NCBI RefSeq assembly: GCF_001194135.2
Contig: NC_068981.1
Coordinates: forward strand, 11,042,453-11,106,452
DNA: 64,000 nt
DNA from: Octopus bimaculoides
Taxonomy: Eukaryota
Direction of reading: 5' to 3'
The notes under the pieces were generated by a model. It saw nothing but the letters and a program-made list of their open reading frames with translations. It searched no databases and was not told where the DNA came from. The position numbers and the translations under genes are program-made. The stretch's first letter is position 1; each line of letters starts with the position of its first letter. Positions 13,646 to 27,866 of this stretch are shown here, piece by piece.

Positions 13646-14245
13646 TTTAAGTCACAATATACGGTACGTTTCAACTAAACCAGTGGTACTCATAAAAAAT
13701 TCTGATTTAACAACAATTGTTTCGCAGCTTAATAAACATGGAGTGTAATAAATTACTTACATGTGTGCGTTAATATAATTACAATTTTTGAATTAGTGTA
13801 TACATGTAATTTATTACTAATTATAAACTATAACAGAATAAATTATTTATCCCTGTTTATTAAAAAATTGTAAATAAGAATAACTCGTGGGTAAAATAAT
13901 ATTATCATAATGTATTTCTTACTTTATTCATAATTACATGTACTAATTTAAAAAAATGTATATATATTAATGCATACATGGAAGTAATTTACTACTTACA
14001 AAACATAGTAAGATGAATTATATACACATGTTTATTAAGCTGCGAAACAATTGTTGTTAAATCAGAATATCCATTGGTAAAATAAATGTTATCATAGCAT
14101 ATTTCTTTCTTTCTTTATAATTATATACACTCCTTATGTTGTTTTCTCTTGTATCGTACTATATATTGTCTGTAGAATGATACATTGAGGACCTTTTTTG
14201 TATGAGTACCCCCGGTTTAGCTGAAACGATATATTGTGACTTAAA
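13646..14245. mobile_element. Foldback/MITE-like element with nested inverted repeats
   Basis: Outer arms TTTAAGTCACAATAT..CGTTTCA.CTAAACC..GGTACTCATA at both ends; perfect inner 42-bp IR 13699-13740/14027-14068; further imperfect symmetry inside. Confidence 0.8.
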
Positions 14246-14314
14246 TTTACATATATATATATATATATCATGGGTCCTTCCATAGCACTTACATAGCCTT
14301 ACCTGCTACCTTGG

Positions 14315-14384
<70 letters not shown>

Positions 14385-14588
14385 ATGATAGTAACATTAG
14401 GGATAAAAATCCAAATTTACAGGTAAAAACTCAATTAATTCAATTTCTCAAAAATTAAAATTAAATTATGTTTCACAGTATATAATGATTATTACTTTGT
14501 ATTTTATTATTATTCTTTTTAGTGTATTTACTTATTAAATTTTTCTATATGTGACTGGATTTTCATGGATGAGTTCTTTTCTCTAAAT

Positions 14589-14620
<32 letters not shown>

Positions 14621-14682
14621 GATTGTTGGCGATCTTTTTCCTCCGTCTACCTTTTCCTTGGACTTTCCTGTGTCACCTGCTA

Positions 14683-14712
14683 CTGAAGAAGAGCTGTGCT
14701 CGAAACGTAAAA
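14683..14712 (+). ncRNA. Hammerhead core (helix I not supported)
   Basis: CUGAAGA-A-GAGC(UGU)GCUC-GAAA-CG-UA: core, helix II and ACGU palindrome are present, but the flanks do not pair. Confidence 0.4.
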
Positions 14713-14814
14713 CACACTTTCTTTCATTCCCTGTGCGTCTTTTAATACTTTGCGTCCTCGCGTCGTTGTTTTTCTTGTGTTTTTACTTCTTTATTCTATT
14801 TTGGGATTACTTTT

Positions 14815-14859
<45 letters not shown>

Positions 14860-14860
<1 letters not shown>

Positions 14861-15157
14861 GGCGCGCACAGCTTAGTGGTTAAGATGTTGTACTCACGAT
14901 TGCGAGATCGTGGGTTCGACTCCCACACAGGGCATTGTGTTGTGTTCTTGAGCAAAGCACTTCATTTAAAGTTGCTCTGCGATCATTTCGTCACATCTGA
15001 CACGTGGCACTCGTTGCACCTGACCAGGTGATGCCTATTTGATGGAGTGAGTGAGCTTATGTCTACACAAACAATTGATCACTATAAACAAATCATCTGT
15101 GTGGTTCTTCGGTAAGAAATTATCGAACCCTCATACGTCGTCTAACGACAGGAGAGC
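14860..15157 (+). mobile_element. tRNA-derived SINE
   Basis: A box GCTTAGTGGTT, B box GGGTTCGACTCC, TTGTGTTCTTGAGCAAAGCACTT core. Confidence 0.75.
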
Positions 15158-15364
15158 TACTATCGAATAGAAAGAATGAGTACTCAAATGCGGCATTGTT
15201 GGATAAAGATTCTTTACTTGTAGGTTAACCTGGCTAACAATGTTTTCGTGTAAGAGAGATCGTTTGACAAATGTCAATTCTGCTATATGGGAACGTTAAT
15301 ATTCTTCCACATTCTGGATTCTCACTCAATGAGAACGAGTACCAACGTTCCCATGTGGCATGCT

Positions 15365-15444
<80 letters not shown>

Positions 15445-16678
15445 CACACACACACATATATATATATATCTGGAATCCTAATTATCATAATCTCACTTAC
15501 TCTGCTTCTATGGCGTATAAGTAACCATGATCACAACATCCTACTTGAATAGGTTATCAGTCTGCTGTTGCCGAGTTACATATTTACAGGTAAAAGAACC
15601 AGAACAACAGTCAATGAGTAAATGAAGTGTCTTGTCTAAAATACATAATATGCGGCCCGGTCCGGCAATCGGAACCGTGATTATGCTTGTAACAACTTAA
15701 CCACTAGCCGACGCGTCTTCATATACGTTAATGTTTAAAATATATAAACATTTTACCTTGTCTCTTGTAGTTGTCAATTCGCTTTATTTTCTAAATAATG
15801 GATTCATTCCTTTTGTCTCATTCAATCGGGACGGTTGTAATATTTAAAGTTTTTCCCTACATGTTTACTAATACTTAAATTTATGCTTTTTTCTTCTTTT
15901 TTTTTTTTTTTTACAATCGTACGATAAACAGAAACTCGGAGTAACAATCTCCGATGTTTCAACTTGTGATAAATTGTATAGTCTTTTCAGTATTTAGTAC
16001 TATTGCTTCTTTTCTCTTTTCATTTAAATGTTAATATATATAGACACACGTATACACACACAGAGAGATACAGTCGATATACATATATATAATAATATAA
16101 ATAATATATAGATATACGCATATATCCATAGATATATGTACATACCTACATCTATATGTATACATACATGCATATATGGGTACAGGACATAAAAAAAAAA
16201 ACGTTAAACACAATGAGAAACGAAAACATGAAAACGAAAATAAAAAACGAACTGTTTTCGAACAACGAAAATAAAAAAAACAGACAAACAGAGAAACGAG
16301 ACATGCAACATAAAGAGTATATCCCTTCGTCAGTTTTCCCTGTCCATCTACTCCGCGTTTCGAAGGCAAGGGCAATACGCGACTTCGTTGTAACAGTCCT
16401 TCCCGCAAAGCAAATTAAATAAAATTTGGAATTTTTGGCGGAGGGTGAAAGTTTTAACAAGAACAGGACAGTGAGAACAAGACAGTAAAAACAATAGAAA
16501 CAGTAAGAACAAGACAGTAAAAACAAACGTTGAGGGCTGAGTGTACGTATATATATATATATATATATACACTCACATACCTACATACATACTCTTACAC
16601 GTGCACACATATGTGTGTATGTACGTTTATACATATATGTATATCCATATTATATATCTAAACATACGAACATATTCT

Positions 16679-16768
<90 letters not shown>

Positions 16769-17402
16769 TATATATTTGAAAAAAGCAAGTATTAAAATCA
16801 GTCGTGCGTAACATAAAATTGAGTGGGGATAAAGAGGAAAACACCGAGAATTAAAACAAAAACAAAGAATAACAATAAACAAAATAACATATCCTTTCTA
16901 GCTTAGACTAGAAGCTTACATACAAATTCAAATGTCACCCATTTGCTCAATAAAATGTGAGGCGTTCGTGACAGAGGGGAGGAGCAGAAGAAAGAGTATA
17001 GGAGAATAAGGTGGTAGCACTACGAATGTTGACACCATTAACATTGCCATAACCGGTTGGTTATGAGTCACTACATGTCGATTAGTCTCAACGAATAAAG
17101 ATAAAATAAAAGAATTGCGATTTCTCAGGGAATTATTATGAAATGATAGGTAAATACACTGTGTAAATAGAAAAAAATGACATTTTCAACAGAAATACAG
17201 TCTTTAACAACACCATGCGCTTAGCAACAAGTCGGACATCATCGTTACAGCTCTAGCATATTAATTCCTAGATTTTTTTCTTTCAACATTTCTCTTTATC
17301 CATTTACCTCTCTCGTTCATATCTTGCTATCTGTATATATTTCCCTTATATCGTATCATCTCCATATCAGTCTGTCTTTCTCGTTATCATTATCTATCCT
17401 GA

Positions 17403-17488
<86 letters not shown>

Positions 17489-17554
17489 CATATATATATA
17501 TATGTATTATATGTAATGATATATATATGTATGTATGCATGTATGCATGTATAT

Positions 17555-17712
17555 AGACGTGGCTGTGTGGTGAGAATCTTGCGACCCAACGGCATGGTTC
17601 CGGGTTCAGTCCCACTGCGTGGCACCTTGGGTAACTGTCTTCTACTATAGCCTCGGGCCGACCAAAGCCTTGTGAGTGGATTTGGTAAACGGAAACTGAA
17701 AGAAGCCCGTCG

Positions 17713-17748
<36 letters not shown>

Positions 17749-17922
17749 CGTGTGTCTGTGTTTGTCCCCACCCATCATCGCTTGAAAACTGATGTTGGTG
17801 TGTTTACGTCCCCGTAAATTAGCGGTTCGGCAAAACAGACCGACAGGATAAGTACTAGGCTTACAAAGAATAAGTCCTGGGGTCGATTTGCTCGACTGAA
17901 AGAAATAAAAGAATAATAGAAT
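17555..17922 (+). mobile_element. Full-length tRNA-derived CORE-type SINE
   Basis: tRNA-like head (GTGGCTGTGTGG..GGGTTCAGTCCC), GGCACCTTGGG core, internal (TA)n, conserved 3' part and (AAAGAAT)n tail; the family recurs throughout the window. Confidence 0.85.
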
Positions 17923-19076
17923 AAATATGTATATATCCCTTATATTGTCTCTTCGTCTATTTGTCTCTCGCGTTATCTATCCTCTATTTATACAAATATT
18001 CAAATCATATCATATCCTTGTCAATGTGTCTCTCTCGTTATCTATCCTGCTATATATGTGTGTGTGGGGTATACGCGCGCGATGGGGTGTGCATGTGTGT
18101 GTATGTATATATATATATATGATTAATGATATCAGAGTAATAAGAAATATTAGAAATTTCTACTACCATTAGCCGAGCGTGTAAAAAATTTAGTCAATAG
18201 ACTATATATTATTCATATAAATATAAATACACCGTATTTATATGAATTATATATATATATATATATATATATATCCATCGTATATCGGTTCCTCTCCTGC
18301 TATTTATGTATATAAACATAATGTGTTTTTGTCAATCTGTCTCGTAATTATTTGGCATCATATTTTTTCTTTCTCTCTTTCTATGTCATCTAATTCATCT
18401 ATCTATTAATCTATTCTGTCTATCATTCCATCTTTTTGTTAATGTCTGCACTTTTCTATCTAACCTATCTACAATTACATATAACCTTTTTATTGCTTCG
18501 CCTTGTTTCTCCTCTTCTCTTAAGCTCATCCTTGTCTGTTCTCTATACCATTCAGCAACAATGCCCACGTTTAGTCTAGGCACTATTCAAAAATAGACAA
18601 AATTACATACATGAAAAAATAAACTTTTCTATTTGTCTATATGTGTCGATATCAACTATTTATATGTCATATAATTTGTCATCTAGTCTAAAACCAATAA
18701 ATTTTTTTTTTAATATACATATATATGATAAAATGAATAAAAGCAAAATAATATTATCTTACGAAAATATACTTTAATTTATATGTGGTTTCAATACTGT
18801 CCCCGCCACCAGAAAAATAAATTAAGAGAGAAAATGTAAAGAAGCAAATTTATTATTGACTCATTTTAATGAAACTCTACGAAAGCCAAACATATGCACA
18901 AACTGAAACACAGCTTTTATGTATGTATCAAGTCAGGTATGTAGATATACACGTAGCTATACGCATGTTTCTACTTGTACGCATGTGTACACATACGCAA
19001 AAGTATGTTATAGTAAATTTGTTATATTTTGTGTGAATATACCAATACGTACACACGCATATGTGTATATAAGTGA

Positions 19077-19155
<79 letters not shown>

Positions 19156-19461
19156 GATGTATACGCTTATATATATATATATATATAGTCTTGGTTTTCT
19201 GGTAGTGTAAAACCTATTATTGTACGTGAATGTAATGTAGGTTATCAACACAGTTTAGGACAATATATATAATATTGTGTATGCTAAATCACATGTACTT
19301 TAGACACCCAGATCTAGGATTAATGCTTGCTGTTATTTTTTAACACTTTACGTCAGTGTAAATAGAAGAGTCTCTGGGTGACATTTCGCTATGCTCGGGT
19401 ATCTATTTGACGAGAAATCTATGAAACGGATAAGGAGAAACTCGTATGTGATCTGATGTGG

Positions 19462-19597
19462 AGAGAGAGGGAGAGCGAGAGAAAGAGGAGGAGGAGAGAA
19501 AGGGGAGAGAGTAAAGGAGAGAGAGGATGGAGGGATGGAGGGAGAGGTAGAACGAGAAGGAGAAGGGAGTAGCAAGAAGAGCGCAAGGGAGAGGAAG
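19462..19597 (+). repeat. Long polypurine (GA-rich) tract
   Basis: Almost entirely G/A over about 135 bp. Confidence 0.9.
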
Positions 19598-22040
19598 TAA
19601 AATATTAAAGCAGGGCGCTATTTTAAGACATGATTGAGGGCGTAGATATGTTAAATGTTATAACGACCAACTACAACTTATTTCGTATGAAGTTCGAGAA
19701 GCGACAGTAAACTGATCTAGAAAAGCAGAATGACTGGAGTTTACTAAACTTGTTTAAGCGTCGCTGTTTAAATGATAGATTATTAAGTTCATTTTTTCTT
19801 ATTCGCGGTATTTATGAAAATATAATTGTTTCGCAGTTATTCAATAACATAAAGGACAGACATATATCATTAGAATTATCTAGACGTTTCATCATTTTGT
19901 AATTTTATTAAAGAAAGTGATTGTTAATGTTATTAGATTTAAATTGGCGTCATAGTTCTTCTTTATCTTTCATCATTGCATATTGAAAGGAAGAAATGGA
20001 GATGAGGAATGTGTGAAATACGGAAGTAAAACAAAAGAGTAAGAGGAATGAGAATCGAAGAATGAAAATACAAAGAAGAAAGTTAAAACAATGACGAACA
20101 GTAATGAAGAGAAAAGTTGAAAGATGGTGAAGTTTAATGATAATAGAAAGTACATTAAACGAAAGAATTAATAGCGAAAGCGATTTAATGAGTAAAAGAA
20201 GAAAGATCATAATAATATAGAAAATAATAAAGATAATATTAATTATACAGATGAAATGCTGTAATACGATCGCCATTAGCATTTGGCATATTTTATCTTC
20301 AATTTCTAAATCATGTTTTATGAAAATTGGAGTGCGTTCCAGATATGAAAATAGTATACACAGTAGTTTCTTTAATACGAAGATAAATTAGCTGAGTGTG
20401 GAAAGTTTTGCAATTGTCTGATTCACGAAGAAGTGGTGGGGGAAGCTGAAATCCAACTCATTTCTATTATTTGTTTCGTATGTAGATTTTATTCTAATAC
20501 AATTTACAAAATTGTTGAAAATAAGTTCTCTGATCTTCTGGGTATGATAAATGCGATAGATATGCAACGCATTTAATGGAAGATGCATAATCATTCGTTT
20601 GGAGTCACAAAACTATGGAAGATTATAGTAACATATTTATATTTAATACATTTTCTCAACTGAAACGATGTGAATATGGCCACTGGAGTTAGCATTAATG
20701 TATATTTCAATATTTGACCATATCACAGATTCAATAAAAGGTCTTACCCTTTTACTACCAGATACGTCAAGCAAGGATGACTTTTAAACCCAGCTTCAGT
20801 GCACAAAATAATCTTGATGGATTCATATGCGACCCCTGAATTGAGAAAGCTATGTTTCATTCCCAAACACCCTTTCTATACTAATTCTAATCATGAACTT
20901 ATTCTCCTAATTATATTTCAGAAATTTGCAACTAGAGAGGAGAGGAAAAACACAAAAATAGAGCAAAACAGAAATATATGAGACAATCGAAATTAAACAG
21001 TGAAACATTGAGGAAAATTTAGATCATAATCCAATTATGGTATACAACGGCAGTCATGGAGATCTATATCGTATAGGCAGATGCTCTAACTTCAACATAT
21101 TACCACACAGCTGTTAAGGATTCAGTCGATCTACGATGGGTGTCTCCATTGTATGATTGATCGGAAGAATACAAGATATATTCATTGGTCATTACAACTG
21201 ACATAATTTTCAGTAGAAAACATGTTTTCCAATGTTGTTCTTGAGTTTAGACAATGGTAAAGAATTTCCGATTACTTATTTGATCAATGTGCGTATAATA
21301 TAATACATTTCATCGAAACGCAAGTATACATCAGTGACTAAACAGTAAGTTTTCAAAGTGTTAAAATTGTAGAATAGAATATACGACTCATGTACGATTC
21401 AACTTGGCTTTTCTTTCGCAAACGTGTAGAATGTGCTGCCGTTTTATTTCAAAACGACATTCGTCTGTTTAAAACGAATCGCATAGCCTTAAATATTCTG
21501 AAATTCCTACTTGAAATAAATTTGCAATTCTGAAACATTATGGTAAAATTCCCCCTTGAACATATTGAAATGTGTGACAGTTTTCTTGTCTGCAAGCCAT
21601 CATAACATAAATTTTAACATTTGCAATCATAAGTGCATAAAAAAACAGAAACAAGCTACATAAAAAGCCAATATAATGTGAATTATTGGCGGTAAAAGAA
21701 ACAAATATATTACCTCTAGCAAGGAAGAATCCATCTTGAAATCTTTCTCACTCATAATTTAATCCACAATTAATTATACTGAAACGTATGTTCTTCCTGC
21801 TAGGAGAAAATACTTTTGCATAAATGGTTTTAGGTTTATTGCATTCCTCTCAAGCAAACTATCTGCTGTACATTTCTGTATAAACATTAGTAATTTGCTT
21901 TCTTCACCAATATATGACTTTATATTCCTGTTTGTACTGGGACTGTTAATGTTTAGTATATATTTACGCTTATATTTCGTTTTCACTGAATGTTCTCCAA
22001 CTATATTATTTATTTTTTCTTCCTTTCTTTTCTTTCTCTT

Positions 22041-22084
<44 letters not shown>

Positions 22085-22622
22085 ATTCCCCCTTTCTTTC
22101 TATCTTTCTTTCTTATTGTATCCCTCTCTTTTACTCTCCCTCTCCCAACAATACAACGATGTTATGGTTATGACTAAAAGTTGTACTATCTGTTGGAGAC
22201 TTGCTACACTTTCCACGCTCAGCAAATAAAAATAGACGTTTTCCCACGCTGATCATAACAATGATAAATAAAACTGCTGGATATTAGCAGTAGGAATATT
22301 AGTTATCCACTACCTCACACTTGCCATATTCTGTTCGTGCTTTTGTCTATAATTTGTCTGCAAAGACACCCCGCCTATTATTTGCACAAACCATAAATGA
22401 TTTTCTTTTCATTTTTATGCACTCAATGTACAGGAACTCGGTATAGCAGGACAATCAAATATAGAAATGCTTATTGTTCGCTATAATTTCCATTTATTAA
22501 ACAACTGTTGTTTGAAAACTGACAGGGCTGTCTAATTTTTGATTTTGTTTTTGAATTGTCTTGGAGTTGGAGCTATGAAAACAGTACCTGAGTTAAAGCC
22601 TTGCCTTGGATATTATATTATA

Positions 22623-22654
<32 letters not shown>

Positions 22655-23289
22655 AAAAACCATGACAATAAATATAACCACAATAGTAATAGTAATAGTA
22701 TTAAACAGGGTTAAGTCGTCAGTCAACAGTCTAATGACAATGTAAATATTACAGTTTTCATTGTGAGGTTTACAGATCGTCTGTTGTCTCAAAAGAGACA
22801 TATATGCAGCTTAGAGCTTATAAATAGCAATCAGAATTGGATAATATTAAAACGGTGATGTATAAAATGCTGTGGATAACATAATGCTTTGGATAAGTAT
22901 AATGCTTCTAAAGAAAGATGTTGCTGCTAAGAGGCGGAAATCCGTTTGAATTCGGTGAAGTGCGTTAACTGTTCCTTATCTCCATTCGACATCTCTATGT
23001 CTTGTATACCACCTCCGCACTTGTTGAGTGGAGTTGAGACAATTATAGAAATCATTAATAAAATAGCATTAATGTGGTAGGCTAGGAGAACTGTTAGAGT
23101 GTCGGAACAACTGCTTTGCGGTATTTCTTCCAATTTATTACTGAGTTCAAATTCTACCTGGAGTCGGTTTTGTTTTTTATCTCTTCCCTGGTGTCAATAA
23201 AATAAATTACCAATCCAGTACTAGGGTTCGTAATATCGACATTACCCTACTTTTAAAATTGCTGGCTTCTTGCCAAAATTTAAAATTAT

Positions 23290-23700
23290 TATTACTAATA
23301 GGATGAAGGCGGTAAGCTGGCAGAATCGGTAGAGCGCTGGACGAAATGCTTAGCCGTATTTCGCCCGTCGCTACTTTCTGAGTTCAAATTCCGCCGAGGT
23401 GAACTTTGCCTTTCATCCTTTCAGGGTCGATAAAATACGTACCAGTTGACCACTGGGGTTGATGTAATCGACTCCCCCCTAACCACCCAAGCTGCCCGTA
23501 TAGCAAAAAACTGAATTAATTATTACTAATAGGATGAAGGCAGCGAGCTGACAGAATAGATAACATGCCGTGCAAAAGGTTTAGCTGCAGTTCATCCGGC
23601 TTTGCATTCTGTGTTCAAATTCTGCCAAGGTCAGCTTTGTCTCTTATCTTTTCGGGGACGATATAATAAGTACCAGCCAAGTATTGGAGTTGATGAAAGC
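23290..23700 (+). mobile_element. Tandem pair of tRNA-derived SINEs (third family), period about 231 bp
   Basis: ATTACTAATAGGATGAAGGC.G..AGCTG.CAGAAT occurs twice; body GAGTTCAAATTCCGCCGAGG..CTTTGCCTTTCATCCTTTC.GGGTCGATAAA. Confidence 0.8.
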
Positions 23701-23861
23701 TAAGTGTCCCCAGAAACACGAAGAGGAGGGGATAGAAAAAGAACAAGAAGAAGAGGAGGTTTCAACCGTAGAAAAGCAAAGTATGGAAGAACAGTATACA
23801 GTGGTGAAGAGGAAGTAGAGTAACGCGGACCGACCATCAAAAAGTCGTAAGAAGAAAGGAA

Positions 23862-24027
23862 AAGGAAATGGAGTGGAGACGCAGAGCGTGGAACAAGGAA
23901 ATGGAGTGGAGGGCAGAGCGTGGAACAAGGAAATGGAGTGGAGGGCAGAGCGTGGAACAAGGAAATGGAGTGGAGGGCAGAGCGTGGAACAAGGCAATGG
24001 AGTGGAGGGCAGAGCGTGGAACAAGGA
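23862..24027 (+). repeat. 32-bp purine-rich minisatellite, about 5 copies
   Basis: GCAGAGCGTGGAACAAGGAAATGGAGTGGAGG; GCAGAGCG at 23881, 23913, 23945, 23977 and 24009. Confidence 0.95.
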
Positions 24028-24240
24028 AAAACGAAAGAGCAGAGAAAAAAATGAAAGGAAAACAAAAGTAAGTGAAGGGGCCGAGGAGCGAAGACAGAAA
24101 CCTTTACCAACGATCAGTAAGGAGGAGAAAGTACAGAAGGAAAAAGGAAAAGGAAGATGAAAGAGAAATGATAACATTCAAGAATGAGAGACATACAGAG
24201 ATAGAAATACCAGCAACAGTAGAAGAGATTGGTGAAGACA

Positions 24241-24288
<48 letters not shown>

Positions 24289-24429
24289 CATCGAAAGGAA
24301 AACAAGTAATAAATATGATATAATACACAAAAAGTGTGGAGATAGAAAAAAGATTGCGAAAATGAAGGATGTAATTAGAATTAAATTGCCATCCAACGAG
24401 AACAGTGTAGGTTTGGAAGCTGTTCTGCT

Positions 24430-24477
<48 letters not shown>

Positions 24478-26154
24478 GAAAGGTTAAAGGAATTGTTTGC
24501 TGAAAAGTTAGAAGTGACACCGGTACAATATCGTTTTGATGAATTGCCGCCGGTAGTGGCATTCGAAGATTTAATGAAGTACTTGGCATAAATGAGGGCA
24601 AATGAGGAAATTTAAGAACTGAATAATTAGTAGCTTTGTGTAAATTTAGAAAAAAAAGAGGAAAGAAAGGGAAAACCAACAGATACAAGACAGAATATTG
24701 AACTGTTGGTAAAACGTTATATAAAAACAGTAAAATGAAACTGCCTGCTCATGCGGTGGGGGTGCAGGTAAGTCATTCCCTCCTCTTTTTTCATTGTATC
24801 CTTAATTTCATACGATATGTGTTTTTATGTACCCTATTGTTTTGTTTTGTATGTACTTGTATTGTCCCCTCTTTTTAAGAGCCATGTGCTCAATGAAAGA
24901 AATTAGGACGTTGGTGTTACCTTGGCGGAGGTTTGCACTCTCTGAGTGCTCTTGTTTATTATTGTAGCACAGGACAAAAATAATGTGACGTGACACCAAT
25001 CATAGCTAGCGATTGATTTTAATTTTGAAGGAATAATCTTTTTTAAAAAATTAGATCTGGTGTTATTTAACTCAGAAAAGAGGTAGAACAGAGATAACTA
25101 GTGAAAGAGAGTGCTCTACACTTGTGCAATATAATTGACTCATAATTTAGGGAAGCTGTATTACATCTGTGGGTTTGAGGTACTGTCAACTGAGTCTGTC
25201 CTAATATTCTACTGTAATTTTAATTTTAGCGATCCTCAGAAAATACAGACGAAGATTAACACTGATGAGATTTTAACTAAAGAATTAAAGGGACCATGAA
25301 ATATAGACCGGGAAGTTTCCATTACTGCATTTCCTATATCATAGTGACATAATAAGAAATATTCTAGAATTAATATCAATCTAGAAAATGTTATCGACAA
25401 AATCAATAATTTCAGAAGTTGTTTGCTGTCGTAGTAAATTTTAGTAGTAACACGACAATTATGAATATATATCCACAAGCTGATATAAAAGTACAATGTA
25501 TCATGCGGGTATCTTTTGTTTTAAATACTTTTGCAGCAAGGATGCAGTCTCCCGTTAAAAACAGATAACCTCATGTAATGACATATCTCAATTGATTTCT
25601 CGTATGGCATTTGCATCAACGCTGGTTATCGTATAAAGTCTGCTTGTTAAAGCTTTGGACGTGTCTGTCTTGAATAGTGCTTATTCAAGCGTATCTATGT
25701 TAATTCATGGAAAAACAAACGGAATGAAATTAACCTCGCTGCCCAGAAACATGATTTATCATGCCACTGATGATAGCCGTGATGTTGTGGTAAGTTTTAT
25801 AGGTTTTTATAAAACGATATGCTCTGTCCTCTTTCGATTAACAACTGAAATTGTTTTTATCATACCCGTTCCAGCTTCGCACCTTCAACAAATACACGCC
25901 TTCCAATAACGCCATATTTGCTTCCTAAAATGCATGAATAAACATATTCTGTTCTGTAATAGGGAGTTTGTAGATTAGAAACAATGTCTTATAATCAGTT
26001 AAATCAAACATATTGTTTTACTGGCGATCTGGAGTGATAAACATATTAATACATTATCTCTACTAGTGGCTTTTAAACATAGAAAGTGAAGGTGCAATAT
26101 TAAATATTACAAGTCATTATTGTTTGGCCTCCTCTGCCTTTCCCTGAACAGACA

Positions 26155-26221
<67 letters not shown>

Positions 26222-26619
26222 GTCCCTTCTTTTCTACTTCTATTATTTGTTGAATGACTTGCTAAAATAATTGGACAACTTGCTGCAAATCTAATCTACA
26301 TTCCGAATACAAGGACATAGATGTTGTTGAACTAGTTATATCACAAAAATTAAGGTGATCTCAACTGGAATGCCTTTTAGCATTTGGATATATATTCAGT
26401 CTGAATTGACAAGAGGCGAAACCATAACACTGTTAACCCTCAAAGTTTCTGAATATAACAGCCATGAAAACAGAACAATATCGTAATTAAGTAAATGGAT
26501 ACAATCAAATTCGCACTTGCTGTGCAAGCAAGACACCGAGAAGGGACAAATTGAGAGTGTATAATAAAAACAGTGATTTGAATAGAATTTGTCACTAACA
26601 ACGTGATTCGCTTACGTGA

Positions 26620-27610
26620 TACGGCCAGCGAGAGACAAGGATGAGGTTAATATATTGGTCAACTCAGGTCACGTGGTGTTAATGCTGCGGAGTCGATATA
26701 GTTCCTTTATTCTTAGGCCCTTGTGCTTGGCTAGGGTTTGGTTAGAAGTTGCTGCCACTATGGCAAGAAGTAGTTTTATAGTGCATCTCGTAACATCACT
26801 TCCCTGTAGTCTTAGTATCGAGGGTTCGTACTTGGTGTTCCTTCAGTGTGGCATTAACGTATTAGCGGCATAAGTTTATACGTGAGAGTGACTAAATTTG
26901 ATGATGTTAGGTTAAAATCACGTCTACGTGATCAGTTTGGGCGGGACTGTAGTTTACACGGACAACAGACATTAAATAGTCTACACTTGTGTAGGGAACG
27001 GTCAGGCATGGAGTCGTATATTCAGATTGTCAGTTCATTAAGAAGGAGTACTTATGGTTGCCCCAATAATATTTATGATGGCAACATTCTTTCCGTTGGT
27101 GGAGACTGTCGGTTGGTCGAGTATGTATAGTTTCTCGAGGAGACAGACTTAGCAATTGCGAGTTCTGGGTGAGTAAAGTGGGGCGCCTATCAATGAGGCC
27201 CCATTTAATATCCTGATGGTCGCGAAATATCCTGTTAAAGGGGACAGGGAGGTGGACGTTTCCCCATTCCCGCGCCTGAAGGTGTACGAAGGTCATGCAT
27301 TCCTTCCTTTAAAGTTATCGGCTGTTATGCCTGTGTAGAATCTTGTGATGCTATTGCATGATGTGAGGGTGGCTTTAGAAGCAACAGCTTTGTGAAGCAG
27401 TTTTCTTTCAGTAGAGAGTTGGTAGGATTTCAACAATTGCAGGCTAGAGTGTAGATTCGTGGTTGTGTATAGGTGTGAGCTATTGAAGTATGCGATGTTT
27501 GAACCGATGTTCTGTAAGCGGGAGTAACTAACCTTAGCAATGTGGAGATTGTAGAGTTCATAAATCTAAAGGGTTCTAGAGATATGTATCTAATTAGCGT
27601 CGGGAACATC
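26620..27610 (-). mobile_element. Decayed Penelope-like element 3' part (GIY-YIG region and flank)
   Basis: Minus strand ACNC*NP..LL.ENCF..(frameshift)..KATLT..RFYTGITADNFK matches the CNC..CPL.G.CL..VYKA..YIG.T..FK pattern. Confidence 0.7.
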
Positions 27611-27866
27611 CTCATTCGATCTCTTTCAAATATTATGCGCAGAGTTTCGTTCAATACTGATGCAGAATTGAGAGCTTCGCTAGATGAATTTTTCGAGTCA
27701 AAATCGGGTGATTTCTACCAACGAGGTATTGAAAATCTTGTTAAACGTTGGGAAGAAGTTGTAAACAACTAGCGTGAATACATTATTAATTATTTTTTAT
27801 TTTTTATTAAACCTTTAAAAAAATTTAAATTTAAAAACCGGCGGGAATTTAGTTGCAAACCTAACA
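27610..27866 (+). mobile_element. 3' fragment of the same mariner family with right TIR
   Basis: Near-identical to 35760-35988 (GAGTTTCGTTCAATACTGATGCAGAATTGAGAGC...). Confidence 0.9.

Noticed and set aside
16310-16400. Possible type II hammerhead (minus strand CCUUC-GAAA-CGCG..CUGACGA-AGG; related repeat at 44380-44440)
   Set aside because: Helix I and helix III cannot be paired in either copy, so it is only an ordinary repeat with core-like words.
20750-20835. Minus-strand exon candidate with GTAAGA donor
   Set aside because: Its phase is incompatible with the neighbouring candidate exon unless it ends in a stop, the peptide is unrecognisable, and part resembles SINE sequence.
23862-24027. 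CRISPR-like array
   Set aside because: The units are contiguous with no unique spacers, in a eukaryotic context without cas genes; it is a minisatellite.
23644-24688. ORFs of 136-177 aa over the GA-rich region
   Set aside because: They are explained by low-complexity purine tracts and the 32-bp repeat.
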